Source: Wolbachia endosymbiont of Dirofilaria (Dirofilaria) immitis
GTDB taxonomy: Bacteria; Pseudomonadota; Alphaproteobacteria; Rickettsiales; Anaplasmataceae
Length of the DNA stretch: 32,000 nt
NCBI RefSeq assembly: GCF_013365455.1
Contig: NZ_CP046578.1
Location: 120,001-152,000 of the forward strand
Direction: 5' to 3'
The position numbers and the translations under genes were made by a program. Below, one piece after another: positions 20,080-30,436 of the stretch; the first letter of the stretch is position 1, and each line of letters starts with the position of its first letter. Below the pieces are notes generated by a model, which saw only the letters and a list, made by a program, of their open reading frames with translations, made no database searches and had not been told where the DNA came from.

Positions 20080-22626
20080 TTACTCACTTTGACCACCACT
20101 AGTAGCAGTATCTTTTGTAGAGTCAGTAGTAATATCTTTTTCAGTGCTTTTGCTAGTATTAGTGCCAGCATTTGTAAAAGTGAATCCACTGTTGCTTTGG
20201 TTATCAGCGCAAAATCTTATGCTTTCTATACTTTCTTTAGCTTTCTTGGCAGCTCCAGCAGTATCTCCAAATTGGGCTTTACCAATAGCTCCGGCAATGG
20301 CTTTAGTTGCAAAAAAGGCTTTTGACATCATTTTTCCAGGTGTAGCGCCAGAGCCAAGTGCTGACCTTGGATTGCCAGCAAGTTCTGCAGCTATATTAGG
20401 GAGAATATTTAAAAAGTGATAAAATAGGAATAATACTATAGCTAGTTTTAATAATTCTCCGATAAGAGAACTGCTAAACTCCATGTATGTAAAATCGAAT
20501 AAACCAAGTATGCTACTTTTTTTAAAGTTGTAGTTTTGTATCATGCATGCAAGAGTGGTTTCATTTTTATTACATTCTCCATCTTTTAATTTAAACCACT
20601 GTTTTTTGTTGTTTAATAATGTGATTTCTTCTTTTTCGAAATGTAAATCTTTAAAGTAGATTTTATCGCATGCTATAAACATAAAGGATAAGAACGCAAA
20701 GAGCATAACTGGGTATAGACTATAAGTGATCAATTCCTTCAACCAACCATCAAAGTATCCTTTAGTGTGTTGGAATAAAACCATAGGAATAAACAGGGGT
20801 GATAAAGTGATGATTACACTTAAGGCAATTAGAGATAAAATAAATATATAGCACATCCACAAAATAACCATCATCATCATAACTGCTGTAAATATGCAAA
20901 TAAGAGCTGTTAAAATCTGTCCGCCAGCAAAAATGATGCCGATTATTGAGCCTGTTACTAATAAAACAGGAGCAGCACCGAGTAAAATAGCTAATATTCC
21001 TACACCGCTAGTACCAATTTTTCCAGCGATTCCATCTAAAGGTGCTCCTAAGTAGAATAAGATTCTGCAATCAAGCCTATCCCAGAGCGCAAGATAAATG
21101 TCTTCTCCATATTTTTCTGCTTTATAATTACATATGTTTTTACCTTCAGATGACGCCTTCAGCACTATTTCTGATAAACCTTCTGAAAGTTTTGTTAACT
21201 CCCTATAATAATGAGACATGGTACTACCTGTTGTAAAGTAAATTACTAGAGCAAATTTGATAATCAGCATATATATTTCTTGTGAACTGCGTACTCCACC
21301 GGATACGACTTTTATAGAGAACAGTATTAAAGCTAAAACTAAGATAGCAGTTACAGTATTTTTTAGCCTTTTTTGTACTATAGATATAAAGCTCTCACCG
21401 TTTGGTGTACCTTTGCCTGTGACTAGGTTATCTAATGATTCCTTAATACACTGTACTACCATAGAAGTTATGGGAATAGGTGCTAATGATTTACTTCCTG
21501 CCTGATTGTAACAAGCTTGTGAGACATAATTTTGAAAACAATCTTTGTTATCATAACCTATAAAGATTTTTCCCTCTTTTTCATTATTTCTTATAATAGT
21601 TTTGTAATCTTCATCGGGACCAATAGGGGTTAGATTGCCAATATTAAATTTTATCTTAGATTCCTTACACATGGGAGCAATTAAGTCAGGTGGTAATTCC
21701 GTGCATCCTATATCAACCCCTTGTGGCCAAGGGGTCATTCTAATGCCAAGTGTATTAACTTCAGCTAACTCCACACACAACCTGCCTGTTTTTCTTACTG
21801 CTTTAAACATTGACCCATATATAGTTTTGCTCTGTCCGGCCTTGAGAACTTTACATTCTAGCCCGCCATCAACTTTTGGTGACCATGACCCATTTATATA
21901 TCCAGTATCTTTTTCCCTAACATCAAAATCTATGTATCCAGGTTTTTCTCTAGAGTCAAAGTCGTTCTTCTTAAAAAGATTACCAAATGTTAAAGGATTG
22001 CGATGGCATACTTCTATGTATTCACTATACTGCACACCATTTTTTGGCCAGTAATAATGATTTTTATTAATATTAATAATATCCCAGTTAGCAAAGTCTA
22101 AGATTTCTTTTTCTGTTTGTTTTCCATTTTTTCCAGACTTTTCTTTTAATGCAGCAAGATACTCGTCTTCTGTTTGAAAGTTTTTATTTACGAGTATGCT
22201 ATAGCTTGTGTCTCTTAATGTAAAATCCTTATACTTTCCATTATGATCGCGTGCAACTGGGTGCCTAACAAAGCTGTGCTCACAAATTACAAGTCCTCCT
22301 ATTGCTTTCCAAACTCCAACGATTGTAGCTATCATTCCAACAATAATGAGACTAGTAAATAAACTAGCAGAAGAGACAGTTAAGACAATACCAGTAAATA
22401 TTGCACCAACAGCAATTGCTATCCCAGCAAGTGCTGGAACTGTTTTAAACACTCCGCAGTCAGGGTTAGAGGCACGGCTAAAGCTTCCAGTAAAATTGAA
22501 TCTGCTAACAAATTCTGTCCTATCAGTACCACTTACTACGTCTGCGAAAGCCGGATATAAGAATAAGAAATCTATATTTAGTAAAAATACTGCAGTTAGT
22601 AGTAATGACAGTTTGGTCTTAAACAT
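20080..22626 (-). CDS. virB6: VirB6/TrbL-family type IV secretion protein, paralog 1
   Basis: 848 aa: signal-like N-terminus ending PAFADV, TM-rich core (YIFILSLIALSVIITLSPLFIPMVLFQHTKGYFDGWLKELITYSLYPVMLF). Directly downstream of virB4. Confidence 0.9.
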   Translation of the reverse strand: MFKTKLSLLLTAVFLLNIDFLFLYPAFADVVSGTDRTEFVSRFNFTGSFSRASNPDCGVFKTVPALAGIAIAVGAIFTGIVLTVSSASLFTSLIIVGMIATIVGVWKAIGGLVICEHSFVRHPVARDHNGKYKDFTLRDTSYSILVNKNFQTEDEYLAALKEKSGKNGKQTEKEILDFANWDIININKNHYYWPKNGVQYSEYIEVCHRNPLTFGNLFKKNDFDSREKPGYIDFDVREKDTGYINGSWSPKVDGGLECKVLKAGQSKTIYGSMFKAVRKTGRLCVELAEVNTLGIRMTPWPQGVDIGCTELPPDLIAPMCKESKIKFNIGNLTPIGPDEDYKTIIRNNEKEGKIFIGYDNKDCFQNYVSQACYNQAGSKSLAPIPITSMVVQCIKESLDNLVTGKGTPNGESFISIVQKRLKNTVTAILVLALILFSIKVVSGGVRSSQEIYMLIIKFALVIYFTTGSTMSHYYRELTKLSEGLSEIVLKASSEGKNICNYKAEKYGEDIYLALWDRLDCRILFYLGAPLDGIAGKIGTSGVGILAILLGAAPVLLVTGSIIGIIFAGGQILTALICIFTAVMMMMVILWMCYIFILSLIALSVIITLSPLFIPMVLFQHTKGYFDGWLKELITYSLYPVMLFAFLSFMFIACDKIYFKDLHFEKEEITLLNNKKQWFKLKDGECNKNETTLACMIQNYNFKKSSILGLFDFTYMEFSSSLIGELLKLAIVLFLFYHFLNILPNIAAELAGNPRSALGSGATPGKMMSKAFFATKAIAGAIGKAQFGDTAGAAKKAKESIESIRFCADNQSNSGFTFTNAGTNTSKSTEKDITTDSTKDTATSGGQSE

Positions 22627-25024
22627 TTTTTACTCTCTGGTAGAATATAGGTAACCATCCTTTCGGGTCATCTCCGACTTCTTTTAATATATCATGTAAT
22701 AATAAAGCACTTTCTGCACGTCCAGATAATACATTGACTATGTCATCTAAGTCTTTTAGGTCTATTCTAGCCACGACAGCATTAGCTCCTTGTTTTACCA
22801 AAAAAAACCTAGTAGTTGGGTCTGTGTGCTTGATTAGTATGTATTCACGTTCAGTTAACATAAAAACATCACGATAGATGCTAGTAGCTTTTAAGTTTGG
22901 TAAAAAAATTTGTGTTGCTGTTTGTTGTATAAGTGTATCACTAATGGTGCTTTTGCTTGCATCTTCAACACTCTGAGTGGCAAAAATCACAAAAGCGTTT
23001 AGCTTCCTTAGCACTTTTAACCAGTCTTTTATCTTAGGCGCAAAGACTGGGTTATCTATTAATGCCCATGCCTCATCAAGAACAATAATAGATGGAGTGC
23101 CATCAAGAGAAATACTAATCCTATGAAATAAATAGGTTAAAACCGGTCCAAGAGCAATAGAATCTTTGAGCAAGCTAGCCATTTCAAAGCCAAACACTCT
23201 TGCCTTTGAAAAATCTAGCAAATCCTCTTTGTTATCAAATATTGCAGCGTGAGAACCATCACCATGCCACATAGATATTGCTCCAGCTAAGGTACCAGGG
23301 CCTGCAAGTCCTAAAAATGGCACGAGATTTCTTAAGAATCTGTCTTCTTTTTTTAACTTAAAATTTCCTTCAACTGCGTCATTAATTCTAGCAATATCTT
23401 CTGAAGTGAATTTATCATTATACACTAAGATTAAAGACTTTATCCATTCCATTAGAAATGTTCTATTGTCAGGAGTGTCATCAAGTTGCAGAGGATTGAA
23501 ATTTGTTTTAGTTCTTGGTTCTATTGGAATATAAACACCGCCAAGTGCTCTTAAGAAAATCTCTGCGCCGCGATCTTTATCAAAAAAGAATATTCTTGGA
23601 GAAAATTTCATTGCTTGAGCACATAAGAAATTCATTAAAACAGTTTTACCAGAACCAGTTGGACCAATTATCATAGTATGTCCAACATCCCTTATATGAA
23701 AGTTGAAGAAAAATGGTGTACCAGATGTTGTGTCGAAAACTGTAACAGCATCTCCCCAGTGATTGTTAAATTTATTACCAGTAGGATAATTATGTTGAGA
23801 TGCAAAGCCAGCCAGGTTAAGACTGCTTATTGTACCTTTTCTCACTATATAATCGAAATTGCCAGGGATTTGTGCCCAAAATGCTGGCTCAAGATTAACC
23901 CTTTCGCGGATAGGGTAAACACCACAATTAGAAAGCTCTGATTCTACTAGCGATAAAGCATTATCTAATGACTTAGGGTTTTTCTCTATACATAGAATAG
24001 TTAAGTGATGTTCGCCAAACACAATCTTGCCACTCATTGCATCATCAAGCGCATGAGAGATTTCTGCTATTTGAGAAATGGCTTTATCTGCAGATTGTAT
24101 CATCCTATTTTGTTGTATCTGCATTTTTGCAATTGCTATTTGCCTATTTGTAAATTGGAAAGACTGTGTGATGATAAATTCATAGGGAAGTTGTAAAAAG
24201 TGATCAAGCATTCCTGCGTAAGTGTTATTTCCATATTCTTTGATGCTCACTATTCCAGCATATTTGCTCTCATTGTGAGTCACGACCTGTATGGTCTTGC
24301 GGCCAAAAAATAACCTATGTACTGGTAAGTATCTCGATATTTCGGTTTTTAAAGGAAAAAGCGTATTTGTAATGAGGCCACAATTTATTATTCTAGATAA
24401 GAATTCCATTATTTCACAGAATAGACCATTTGGGGTTTCTTTTACTCTAAGAACCTTAGGCGAATAATTTCTAAGGCTTGTTACTACACGGTTTGTTGTT
24501 TCTTCTAAGTCTTCATAAGTAGCACGCATGTCACTTTCCCAAGCATGTTTTGAAGTTACATGTCCGAATTTTTTTAGTAAGTATGATAAAAATTCTACTC
24601 CTTTTGTATCTGCCCTACGAATAATTGTAATATATAAGTCATTGATAAATGATTGCCTTGTTGAGTGTTTTTTTCTCCATTTTAGATTTACGTAATTAGC
24701 AAAGAAATTTGGCAATTTTTGGCTTGTAGATTCATCAGAAAAAATATTTTTTTTACGCCTGATAGTATGAAAGTATAAACTAAATGCTGGAGACGAAATG
24801 CTTTTCAGCATCTGATTTCTGATATTGTTCTGTATTATTAGATCTTCATCATCTGCTGTTTCAAATGCAAAACCATTTAGTTTTATAAACTTAACTAACC
24901 AATTCTGTTTTGTTATTAAGGTTGTACTATTCCAATAGTAAGAATAAGGTATAAATTCAGCAGTATGAACCTCTCTATCTAGAATAGATTTGTTTTTTGA
25001 TTGGGTAGCTCTAAACCTTAGCAT
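22619..25024 (-). CDS. virB4: Type IV secretion ATPase VirB4
   Basis: 801 aa with Walker A IIGPTGSGKTVLMNFL, FFDKDRGAEIFLRALGG and Walker B SIIVLDEAWALIDNP. Confidence 0.96.
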   Translation of the reverse strand: MLRFRATQSKNKSILDREVHTAEFIPYSYYWNSTTLITKQNWLVKFIKLNGFAFETADDEDLIIQNNIRNQMLKSISSPAFSLYFHTIRRKKNIFSDESTSQKLPNFFANYVNLKWRKKHSTRQSFINDLYITIIRRADTKGVEFLSYLLKKFGHVTSKHAWESDMRATYEDLEETTNRVVTSLRNYSPKVLRVKETPNGLFCEIMEFLSRIINCGLITNTLFPLKTEISRYLPVHRLFFGRKTIQVVTHNESKYAGIVSIKEYGNNTYAGMLDHFLQLPYEFIITQSFQFTNRQIAIAKMQIQQNRMIQSADKAISQIAEISHALDDAMSGKIVFGEHHLTILCIEKNPKSLDNALSLVESELSNCGVYPIRERVNLEPAFWAQIPGNFDYIVRKGTISSLNLAGFASQHNYPTGNKFNNHWGDAVTVFDTTSGTPFFFNFHIRDVGHTMIIGPTGSGKTVLMNFLCAQAMKFSPRIFFFDKDRGAEIFLRALGGVYIPIEPRTKTNFNPLQLDDTPDNRTFLMEWIKSLILVYNDKFTSEDIARINDAVEGNFKLKKEDRFLRNLVPFLGLAGPGTLAGAISMWHGDGSHAAIFDNKEDLLDFSKARVFGFEMASLLKDSIALGPVLTYLFHRISISLDGTPSIIVLDEAWALIDNPVFAPKIKDWLKVLRKLNAFVIFATQSVEDASKSTISDTLIQQTATQIFLPNLKATSIYRDVFMLTEREYILIKHTDPTTRFFLVKQGANAVVARIDLKDLDDIVNVLSGRAESALLLHDILKEVGDDPKGWLPIFYQRVKNV

Positions 25025-25033
25025 TGTATAACA

Positions 25034-25327
25034 TTAAGTAATGTCGTAAGAATTAGCTCCATGATAGAGACGGTTTGAACATCTTGAGCACTTTCTTAAT
25101 TTTACCATAAATAGTTCAATAAACAATGGTTCTTTTGTAGAAGCTATATAACCAAGTCCATGTACCCCAAATAACATCAAGAAAGTTCTAAAATCATTCG
25201 TATTAATAAAGATTAGCATGCAAATTAAAATATTTAATATTGCAAACATATAACTTACACCAAAGAGCATTGCAGGTCTTGTAAGGCCTTTAAATAATTG
25301 ATTTGTTTGTATACTTCCTGTAGACAT
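25034..25327 (-). CDS. virB3: Type IV secretion inner-membrane protein VirB3
   Basis: 97 aa with LFKGLTRPAMLFGVSYMFAILNILICMLIFINTND, immediately upstream of virB4. RBS-like AGGAAAG precedes the start. Confidence 0.92.
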   Translation of the reverse strand: MSTGSIQTNQLFKGLTRPAMLFGVSYMFAILNILICMLIFINTNDFRTFLMLFGVHGLGYIASTKEPLFIELFMVKLRKCSRCSNRLYHGANSYDIT

Positions 25328-25392
25328 TTTTTATCTTTCCTGAATAATAGCTCTAACACTAATACTACATTATTAATTAAAAATCCATTGAA
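25328..25392. promoter_or_regulatory. 65-bp divergent intergenic region between virB3 and lysS
   Basis: Head-to-head genes with only 65 bp between start codons; both promoters may lie here. Promoter elements are not confidently identified. Confidence 0.4.
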
Positions 25393-26970
25393 ATGAGTAG
25401 CTCTTTAGGTAAGATAAGTAATGTGAATTCAATGACGACAAGCTGGCCATTTCAGGAAGCAGAAAAAATATTGCAAAAATTTCCTAGTCAAAAGGAGATA
25501 ATATTTGAAGCTGGTTATGGACCTTCAGGTTTTCCCCATATTGGTACTTTTGGAGAGGTTTTTCGTACTACAGTTGTTGCGAATGCACTAAAAGAAATAG
25601 CGCCTGGTATAAAAATTAGAATCATTGTAGTTTCTGATGATATGGATGGCTTACGAAAAATACCAGATAATATGCCGAATCAGGAAATGCTAAGAGAGCA
25701 TTTAAATAAGCCATTAACTATGATACCAGATCCATTTGGCACCCACGAAAGTTATGGCCACCATATGAATTCGCTGTTGTGTAAGTTTCTTAATTTGTTT
25801 AGCTTCGAGTATGAATTTAGAAGTGCTACAGAGTGCTATAGATCTGGTGTTTATGATAAAAAACTTTTACTTTTGCTAGAAAATTACGATAAAGTGATGA
25901 ATGTAATGCTTCCATCGTTCCGAGAAGGAAGGCAGCAAACCTATAGTCCGTTTTTGCCAATATGTCCAAAAATTTCTCAAGTTTTACAAGTTCCAATAAT
26001 TGAAAAGGATACCAATAAGGGGACAGTCACATACAAGGATGTAGATGGAGAGAAGATAGAGGTTCCAGTAACAAGAGGTAGATGTAAATTGCAATGGAAA
26101 CCAGATTGGGGAATGAGGTGGGCTACATTTAGAGTTAATTATGAAGCTCATGGAAAAGATTTGGCTCCATCTGCTATACTTTCGAGTCAAATATGTGAAA
26201 TTCTTGGAGAAAAGCCGCCACTTTTATTTTGCTATGAGTTTTTTCTTGATAAGGAAGGAAAGAAAATATCAAAATCAAAAGGAAATGGTATTTCAATTGA
26301 AGAGTGGCTCACTTATGCTCCAGCAGAGAGTTTAGCGTTATACATTTTTCAGAATCCTAAAAAGGCTAAACGTTTGCATTTTGATGTTATACCAAGGTCG
26401 ACTGATAAATATTTGGAGTTTGTTAAGCGTTATAATGAGAATAAAGAAAAGTGTATAAATAGCCCTGTATGGCATATCCACCAGGGTAATGTTCCAAATG
26501 TAGAAATTTCAGGTATCAGCTTCTCGTTGCTTTTGAATCTGGCGGCAGCTTGTAATGCTGAAAACAAAGAGATTCTTTTAGGTTTTATATCCACTTATAT
26601 CTCAAATATTACACCGGAAAATGGCAAAATGCTCAACAGTCTTTCAGACTTTGCAGTTAAGTATTATCATGATTTTATCAAGCCAACAAAAGTATATAAA
26701 ACTCCAAGTAAAGGGGAGAAAGAAGCTTTGCTAGATTTGAAGAATACCTTACATTCTCTACCTATTATGGCTACTGCTGAAGAAATTCAATCTTACGTCT
26801 TTTCAATTGGAGAGAAGCATAATTACAGCAGTTTACGCGATTGGTTTCAGTTACTATATAGAACATTACTTGGCCAAAAAACTGGTCCAAGAATGGGATC
26901 TTTCATAAAGCTTTATGGGGTAGATAATACAATTTCTCTTATAGATCGTGCTATTAAACATACACTTTAG
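25393..26970 (+). CDS. lysS: Lysyl-tRNA synthetase, class I
   Basis: 525 aa with the class I signature EAGYGPSGFPHIGTFGEV and KMSKS-like KKISKSKGNGISIEEWL. Alternative start ATG 25432 (MTTSWPF). Confidence 0.94.
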   Translation: MSSSLGKISNVNSMTTSWPFQEAEKILQKFPSQKEIIFEAGYGPSGFPHIGTFGEVFRTTVVANALKEIAPGIKIRIIVVSDDMDGLRKIPDNMPNQEMLREHLNKPLTMIPDPFGTHESYGHHMNSLLCKFLNLFSFEYEFRSATECYRSGVYDKKLLLLLENYDKVMNVMLPSFREGRQQTYSPFLPICPKISQVLQVPIIEKDTNKGTVTYKDVDGEKIEVPVTRGRCKLQWKPDWGMRWATFRVNYEAHGKDLAPSAILSSQICEILGEKPPLLFCYEFFLDKEGKKISKSKGNGISIEEWLTYAPAESLALYIFQNPKKAKRLHFDVIPRSTDKYLEFVKRYNENKEKCINSPVWHIHQGNVPNVEISGISFSLLLNLAAACNAENKEILLGFISTYISNITPENGKMLNSLSDFAVKYYHDFIKPTKVYKTPSKGEKEALLDLKNTLHSLPIMATAEEIQSYVFSIGEKHNYSSLRDWFQLLYRTLLGQKTGPRMGSFIKLYGVDNTISLIDRAIKHTL

Positions 26971-27647
26971 TTAGAATTAAGGAGAGAGGTTGCTTGATAG
27001 CTTGTAATTGATTTTTGTATCAGAATACTAAGGATATTTATTTACTTTCATAATCTCTGGGGTTGGCGATAAAAAATAATATATTTAGTGTCTCATATTT
27101 AGTTTTTATACTATGTGGTGGTGTATATTTTATAAACTTCTGTGATTTTTTTGCCTGTATAAGCGCTGAACGCACTTATAAAGTGTTGAAGATAGGTAGC
27201 AAGGAGCACATTTAGAGATTGGTAGGTAGTACTTAAATACTGGCTATTCTAGTCTTTTTACTTGGTAAGTTTCTCAAGTATTAAGGTGATTCATGAACAA
27301 ATATTTATTTTTTACAACAAGTGATGTTATTTTAGCGTCATACACTGTAATCTATATTTTTTTTGGTTTTAGTGTTGCCTACTTGAATACTACCCTAACA
27401 ATCTTTGTCTTTTTCTCTATTTAGTGATTTTTTTAATATTAATAGCTAAGTCAATTTAAGAGTCTAAGGGGATGTTATGCTAGTGCTTGGCATCTATCTT
27501 CTAAAGGTAGTTGTTTTTAAACTGTTATATCAGTACACTTGATACTAGGGCTTAGTAATGGTTTGATGGTAAAAAGGTAGAGATGTTCATATGGAATTAT
27601 GTAGTAGTAAAGTTATGTTCAAGTTTGCTTGATGTGAGGAGAGAAAT

Positions 27648-29039
27648 ATGGATAGAGAAGTTAGGGTAGAATCAGATAGTTTAGGTGAAGTAAAGGTGTC
27701 AAGTAAACGTTATTGGGGAGCACAAACACAACGTTCCTTGGAGAATTTTAAAATCGGTATAGAGAAAATGCCAGAACCTCTAATTAGAGCGTTGGCAATG
27801 GTGAAGCTTGCAGCAGCACGCGTTAACGTGGTGCATGGTGCTATAGATGAAAAAGTGGGGAGTGCAATCTGCACGGCTGCACAGGAGGTAATAGATGGTA
27901 AGTTCAATGATGAGTTTCCGCTTGTTATATGGCAAACTGGGTCTGGGACTCAGACTAACATGAATATGAATGAAGTGATTAGTAACCGTGCAATAGAGAT
28001 TTTAGGTGGTAACTTAGGTAGTAAATTTCCTGTGCACCCAAATGACCATGTGAACTGTGGTCAGTCATCGAATGATACCTTTCCAACAGCAATGCATATA
28101 GCAGCAGCTAGGCAAATAAATCATTCTCTCATTCCAAGTCTTGAGTGGCTTCATACAGCATTAAATGATAAGGTTAAGGAATTTAAAAGTATAATAAAAG
28201 TAGGACGTACTCATTTGCAAGATGCAACGCCTCTAACACTGGGGCAAGAGTTTTCTGGCTACGTTGCTCAGGTTGAGAAGGGAATAGGGAGGATAAAATC
28301 AGCTCTGAGTAATGTGTATGAACTTGCACAAGGTGGCACTGCAGTTGGTACAGGATTGAACGTTAACCGAGGCTTTGCTGAGAGTTTTGCTAAAGAAATA
28401 GCAAAAATCACTGGTCTTCCGTTTACTTCAGCAAAAAGCAAGTTTGAAGCGTTAGCAGCAAATGATGCTTTAGTTGAGTTAAGTGGAGCACTCAACACGG
28501 TAGCAGTGAGTTTAATGAAAATTGCAAATGATGTTAGGCTACTTAGTTCTGGTCCAAGATGTGGGATTGGAGAAATAATATTACCAGAAAATGAACCTGG
28601 TTCTTCAATCATGCCAGGTAAAGTGAATCCAACTCAATGTGAAGCAGTAACCATGGTATGTACTCAAGTTATAGGGAATCATGTTGCCGTAACCATTGGT
28701 GGTTCAAATGGTCATTTTGAATTAAATGTGTTTAAGCCAGTAATAATCTACAATATTTTACAGTCTATAAGGCTTTTAGCTGATGTAAGTTTAAGTTTTG
28801 CAGAGAAATGTGTACTTGGTATTAAAGCAAATGAAAAAAGGATAAAGGATTTACTGGACCAGTCATTAATGCTAGTAACTATATTAAATACGCATATAGG
28901 ATATGATAATGCAGCAAAGATAGTAAAGCTTGCCTATAAAGAAAATATTACTCTAAAAGAAGCTACAATAAAATTAGGGCTGCTTACTGAAAAAGAATTT
29001 GAAAGAGTAGTGAAACCGGAAGAGATGGTAAATTTATAA
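27648..29039 (+). CDS. fumC: Class II fumarate hydratase FumC
   Basis: 463 aa with [43 protein letters not shown] and the lyase signature [13 protein letters not shown]. Confidence 0.96.
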   Translation: MDREVRVESDSLGEVKVSSKRYWGAQTQRSLENFKIGIEKMPEPLIRALAMVKLAAARVNVVHGAIDEKVGSAICTAAQEVIDGKFNDEFPLVIWQTGSGTQTNMNMNEVISNRAIEILGGNLGSKFPVHPNDHVNCGQSSNDTFPTAMHIAAARQINHSLIPSLEWLHTALNDKVKEFKSIIKVGRTHLQDATPLTLGQEFSGYVAQVEKGIGRIKSALSNVYELAQGGTAVGTGLNVNRGFAESFAKEIAKITGLPFTSAKSKFEALAANDALVELSGALNTVAVSLMKIANDVRLLSSGPRCGIGEIILPENEPGSSIMPGKVNPTQCEAVTMVCTQVIGNHVAVTIGGSNGHFELNVFKPVIIYNILQSIRLLADVSLSFAEKCVLGIKANEKRIKDLLDQSLMLVTILNTHIGYDNAAKIVKLAYKENITLKEATIKLGLLTEKEFERVVKPEEMVNL

Positions 29040-29995
29040 GCTACTAGTTTTAGTATTAATGCTCAAGGCAGTTTCTTTTACTCTTTTTATTCTCTTACCT
29101 GCTAACGTTTTTAATTTCTTACTGTATCTGTAATAATTTTGCTTTACAGTGTACAGTTGATATGCGGAGTTGTGATCAATTTAAGGTAGTACTCGTGATC
29201 GCAGTTTTCTTCTACGTCCTTAATGCTTGTAGGCAATGCTAGAGTGAGAATGGAATCAGCAATAAAGTGAGCAGGGTCTTTGTACGATTATTGTTTGGGC
29301 AAAAATATATTAGTTTTTTTATAAAATTGTTTATTTATATGAAAACCAATGATCTACTTTTTAGTGTCATTTTAGTCCGTAGTATTGAAATCTGGAAAAG
29401 AAAAAGAAAACAGGTCTCGGTGGTAGCTTTTTTAATGAAAGGAAAGAAGTTTCGTAAGAAACTTTTTATGTAAAATATTTAAACTTAATTGCGTTATAGG
29501 TTCTGTAGGTAGCGAGGAGGAAAATCAGTTAGATTTACTATTTTACTTGTAGTTTATTAGCCAATACCTGTTTGTAATAAGGATAGTATTTTCTAGATGT
29601 CAATAATATAATCTAAATTCGAAAGTATGCTATACTCTGTAGCTCTATTCAGTTTGAAAGAGAAGAAGTAGAATCTTACTTAGAGTTAAAAATTGGGCAG
29701 TTGATCTTGAGCATGTTGAAGTGTACCAATGGTAAGAATGTCCAAAAATCTAACTATAGATATGTGGCTATTAATTATTAAGATTGTGGACAATCATGTA
29801 ATAAAAGCTTATGGGTGGAGAAAATTACAATATGAGTAACCCTGCCGGGGTTAGAGAAACGACACCTTATAGGCGATATATGTGGTTGCTAAATTTATAT
29901 AGTTAAAGTATTTATTCTATGTTTATGGTGCTGTTCAGGATAGTGAAACTATAAAAGCTATTTGCTGTTGTGTGACTCCTTGAAAGAAAATTATT

Positions 29996-30003
29996 GGGGG
30001 GGG
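29996..30003. repeat. 8-bp poly(G) homopolymer in AT-rich non-coding DNA
   Basis: Directly read: ttattGGGGGGGGtagaaag. Confidence 0.9.
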
Positions 30004-30436
30004 TAGAAAGTATTTTAAACTAAATAAGATCTTCTTTCAAGATAAAGAAGTATATGTAGGAAGTAGAAACAGATTTTATAGAGGAGATTTGCTTATTTAG
30101 GTAGAGAAACAGAAATAATAGAAAGTATAGTTTATATGTAAAGCTTTAAAATATAAATAGATAACATAAGTAGTACATGTTAATTTATGGTAAAGTATGA
30201 AAGGTGTTTAAATGGTTGGTACTTATATTGGCTTGACGCAAAGTAATATGCTTCTAAGAAAATTAATTGGCATAGTAGCATATCAAAATGTGATTATCAG
30301 AGTGTAGAGCTGACTGTGCTTTATAAAGCTACACAAATAATATTGACAATTGGTAAGAAGAAATTCTACCTGAAAGGTTTAGGATTAAAGCTATAGACAA
30401 CTTCTTTTTTTTGTATATAACCTTAAGAGGCTTTAT

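Noticed and set aside
11969-23941. Plus-strand ORFs within the virB gene cluster (e.g. 14725..15150, 21635..22054, 22346..22654)
   Set aside because: All are antisense to long, well-supported minus-strand genes; treated as shadow ORFs.
25984-26190. Small ORFs overlapping lysS (25984..26190 minus, 26141..26335 plus)
   Set aside because: Embedded in conserved class I LysRS coding sequence.
26971-27647. Spacer between lysS and fumC, checked for RNA genes or inverted repeats
   Set aside because: No tRNA-like or terminator-grade hairpin found by eye.
29267-29473. 68-aa plus-strand ORF downstream of fumC
   Set aside because: Lys-rich, hydrophobic AT-biased sequence in a long spacer with no recognisable domain.
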